Source of the DNA: Scyliorhinus canicula
Lineage: Eukaryota
Assembly: GCF_902713615.1 (NCBI RefSeq)
Contig: NC_052149.1
Location: 152,807,383-152,871,382, forward strand
Direction of reading: 5' to 3'
Length of the DNA: 64,000 bases
Below are positions 60,230 through 64,000 of this stretch, piece by piece (the first letter of the stretch is position 1; the number at the start of each line of letters is the position of its first letter). The notes below the pieces were generated by a model. It saw nothing but the letters and a program-made list of their open reading frames with translations. It ran no database searches and was not told the DNA's origin. The position numbers were made by a program, and so were the translations under genes.

Positions 60230-63200
60230 ATTAAAATAAATGCCACCCAGCCTTGCCATACTGCTCCCCTCCTCCCCCCTTCCCCAACAGCCCTGCAGCC
60301 ATTCAGTGACATCCTTGACCGTGGCACCAGGGAGGCAACACACTGACCCGGAGTCACGTCAACAGCTGTAGAAACAGCTGTCTGCAGCCCTTACTATTGA
60401 GTCCTCTAAAGAAAGAGTGATCAACACAGAAATTAATTCCCAGGGAAGTTATGGCACTGTCTGAAATAAAAGATTCTTTTAAAATTTAGTAAGGTCAAAG
60501 GTGAAATCACCATAGTCCCAAATGACCATAGGCTGCTTTCCCCTTTGATGTGTGAGAGCTGACTGGCAATGATTTAACCTGAGGATCACCACACCTCAGG
60601 CGAGGGCCAAGGTTGAGATGACGGCACCTTCATGAATAACCTCAGCCGGCACGGGAATTGAACCCACGCTGCTGGCCTTGCTCTGCATCACAAACCTTGT
60701 TTAGCCAAGTGAGCATAACCAGATTAAATTTAGCACAGTTTTGCCGAATAAGCGAAACTGCACAAGCATGATTTATAGTAACTGCATTAATAGAATACAT
60801 GAGTCAGTGTCTGGAAATGGGTATTCATATTTTTGATGTTATATATTTCATATTATTCCAATGTTTTAGGACACCTATGAATTTGTTTACTGGGCATCTG
60901 TCATAAATAAATGCACTAACTGCGTGGTGATTGTGGTAAATTGCCCCAAAAGATGTCAGCATTTACTTTAAACATATGAATTGCCACAACCGCATTTACA
61001 AGGCATAATTTAGTTTCTTTACTGCAAACTGGTGTGATCAACGACATTGTAGATTTACCTTTCACAGAATAAGGTGGTTAATGGCAGCATTAAAACATAA
61101 AATTTGACTCCTAGCCACATAAGGCAATATGAGAGCACATGGCCAAATGCTTGTCATTGAGGTAGCATTTCAGGATCATCGTAGAGGAGGAAATAGAGTT
61201 GGAGAGGTTGGAGGTGAGGCAATTAAAAACATGGCTACCAAAGGTGGCAGCCGAGTGATTAAAGTTGGAGATGATCAAGAGGCCAGAATTAGATTGAGCA
61301 GAAACACCAAGGAGGTTTTGGAGCTGGAGGAGATGAGAGAATGAAGGGAAGGGCAAGGCCATGGAAGGATTTGAAAACAAGGATAAGAATTTTGAAGTTG
61401 AGGAATTGCTTGACCGGGAGCCAATGTCGACCAGAAAGCACCGGGGTGATAGGTGAATGAGATTGTTGAGGCTTGGGGCCTTGAGGTGAGAGTACTGGGC
61501 TTGGCAGCAAACGGACTGGGCAGTGAGGGCGAGATTTTGGGTTTCTATGTCTTGTGAGCTGAGGGTGGGCAGGGTCAGGAGGGCCCCAACATCATTGTGG
61601 GCGGGGCTCAACATCATTGGAGCAGGGCTCGACTTCATTGGGGGTAGGCCGCCATGTCACCAGGGGGCGGGGTGTGACATGGGGCCTCCACAAAGAGGGA
61701 GAGCACGGGGCCCCCAAAAGTGTACATCCGCGTCCGGTGCTGGAGCCACAATTATTTACATATATATTAATGACTTGGACGATGGAAGTGAATGCACTGT
61801 TGCCAAGTTTGCGGGTGACACAAAAATAGGTGGGTAGGCAAATGGTGGGGATGACAAAAAGAGTCTACAGATGGATATAGACAGATTAAGGCAAAGACTT
61901 GGGGAATGAATACAAAGTCGGAAAATGTGATGTTGTGCACTTTGGTAGGGAGAATTAAGGAGCTGAATATTATTTAAATGGAGGAAGATGGCAGAAAGAT
62001 GCAGAACATAGGGATTTGGGAGTCCCAACGCTTAAATCACAAGAAGCTAGCATGCAAGCTCAGCAGGTAATATGGAAAGCAAATGAAATGTTCGCCTTTA
62101 TTTCAAAAGTAATGGAGTATAAAAATACAGAATTCTTGCTAACGTGATACAAGGCACATTAGGCCATACCTGTGAACATTTTGCTCCCCTATGGAAAGAT
62201 ACACTGGCATTAGAAGCAGTCCAAAGAAGGTACACAAGGTTGGTCCTGGATATGGAAGGATTTTTTAATGAGGAGAGGTTGCGAAGATAGGGCCTGTACT
62301 CGTTGCTGTTTAGAAGAATGAGAGGCGACCTTATTCTGACATGAAGGATTCTCAGGGAGCTTGACAGACTAGATGCTGAGAGGATCGGCAGGAATCTCCA
62401 TTTGGGAGACCGCGCAAAGCCTGGTATGGAATTCCCTCATCTTTGCCATGCACATTTATGCATGGCGGGGATCACGCAGGATTCCATCGGAATTCCAGTA
62501 TAATGGAGTCATTTTGAGCCGGCCACCCAATACCGAGGTCCAGGGGTGGCCTCCCTCCCCCCCCGACAACGCAAATCCTTTCCCACCTTGCTGACAACTT
62601 GAGGTTTCCTCACCCCACCACCATGGGAATAATGGGTCACAACCCCACAGTACGCGTGTATCAGGGTGACCTCACCCCTCACCGATCCCCCATCAGACTG
62701 TCCCACCAGAGACCTCAATCAGGCCCCCAACAGAGACCCCCCCATCAGGCCCCCAACAGAAACTGCCCCGCTACTGACCTATCCCTGCAACCCCATAACC
62801 CCACCTAATCCGTACATCCCTGGACACTAAGGGCAATTTATCATGGCCAATCCACCTAACCTGCACATCTTTGGACTGTGGGAGGAAACCGGAGCACCCG
62901 GAGGAAACCCACGCAGGCAAAGTGCAAACTTCACACAGACAGTGATCGAGGTTGGAATCGAACCTGGAACCCTGATGCTGAGGGGCCGCAGTGCTAACCA
63001 CTGTGGCACCGTGCCAACCCTGAATCTCGGCCGAGAGCCTGGAGCAGCACGGGGACATGGAGCATCGGGCTTCCTGCCTATTAATCAGAAGTAGATGGAT
63101 GCAAATGATCCATTTACATCCTCATGCCGGTGCAGGGTGCGAAGCTCGCTGCCATCGCTGGTGGGGGACCAGAGCAGCGCCAATCCCATTTTTAGTCCAA

Positions 63201-64000
63201 CGCTCTCAATTCTCCACAGGATCAGGAAACCCGCTACTGGCAGCGGCAGAGATCCGCCCCCTTGTATCCCCTTGTGGGAGAGTCTAGGAGCAGAGGGCAT
63301 AATCTGAGAGTAAGGGGTCACCCATTTAGGGCAGATGAGGAGGAAATTCTTCTCTCAGAGGGTGGTTAATCTGTGGAATTCTTTACCTCAGAGAGCTGTA
63401 GCGGCTTGGTCATTAAGAATGCTCAGATTCTTAATCAGCCAGGGATTAAAACGTTATAGAACATAGAACATTACAGCGCAGTACAGGCCCTTCAGCCCTC
63501 GAAGTTGCGCTGTCCTGTGAAACCCTTCTAAAGTCCCTCTACATTATTCCCTTATCGTCCATATGCCTATCCAATGACCATTTGAATGCGTTTAGTGTTG
63601 GCGAGTCCACTACTGTTGCAGGCAGGGCATTCCACGGCCTTACTACTCTCTGAGTAAAGAACCTACCTCTGACATCTGTCCTATATCTATCTCCCCTCAA
63701 TTTAAAGCTATGTCCCCTCGTGCTGGACATCACCATCCGAGGAAAAAGGCTCTCGATGTCCACCCTATCTAATCCTCTGATCATCTTCTATGCCTCAATT
63801 AAGTCACCTCTTAACCTTCTTCTCTCTAACAAAAACAGCCTCAAGCCCTTCAGCCTTTCCTCATATGATCTTCCCTCCATACCAGGCAACATTCTTGTAA
63901 ATCTCCTCTGTACCCTTTCCAATGCTTCCACATCCTTCCTATAATGCGGCGATCAGAACTGCACACAATACTCCAAATGCGGCCGCACCAGAGTTTTGTA
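60230..64000. mobile_element. Mixed decayed CR1 fragments, SINEs (e.g. ~62805-63020, minus), MITE remnants and a CR1 3' end (~63455-64000, minus)
   Basis: CCLPGATVKDV (CR1 ORF1 esterase-like), IYINDLDDGSECTVAKFAGDTKIGG, and MIRGLDRVD...RGRFFTQRVV. Confidence 0.75.

Overview
Vertebrate genomic DNA, not prokaryotic. The HE1-like SINEs, HER1/CR1 LINEs, Deu-type SINE and GC-rich MITEs point to an elasmobranch, probably a catshark (inference). Most of the window is nested, decayed transposable elements. One host gene can be rebuilt on the minus strand from six exons joined by five GT-AG, phase-1 introns: leader (27439-27388), V with built-in J-like strand (27298-26948), C1 (17316-16996), C1 (12958-12638), TM (4799-4665) and a probable terminal exon (1078-1044). 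This gives a 404-aa non-rearranging, antigen-receptor-like Ig-superfamily membrane protein. Its V-C intron holds a 3.8-kb G-skewed, AGCT-containing 39-bp tandem array reminiscent of an Ig switch region. Upstream lie a near-full-length L1-like LINE, an 8.65-kb env-less retrovirus-like LTR element (tandem RNase H folds, small membrane-protein ORF, one truncated LTR), a Harbinger remnant, two solo LTRs and a TSD-flanked hAT transposon. Exon and TSD coordinates were read by hand; boundaries of decayed repeats are approximate.
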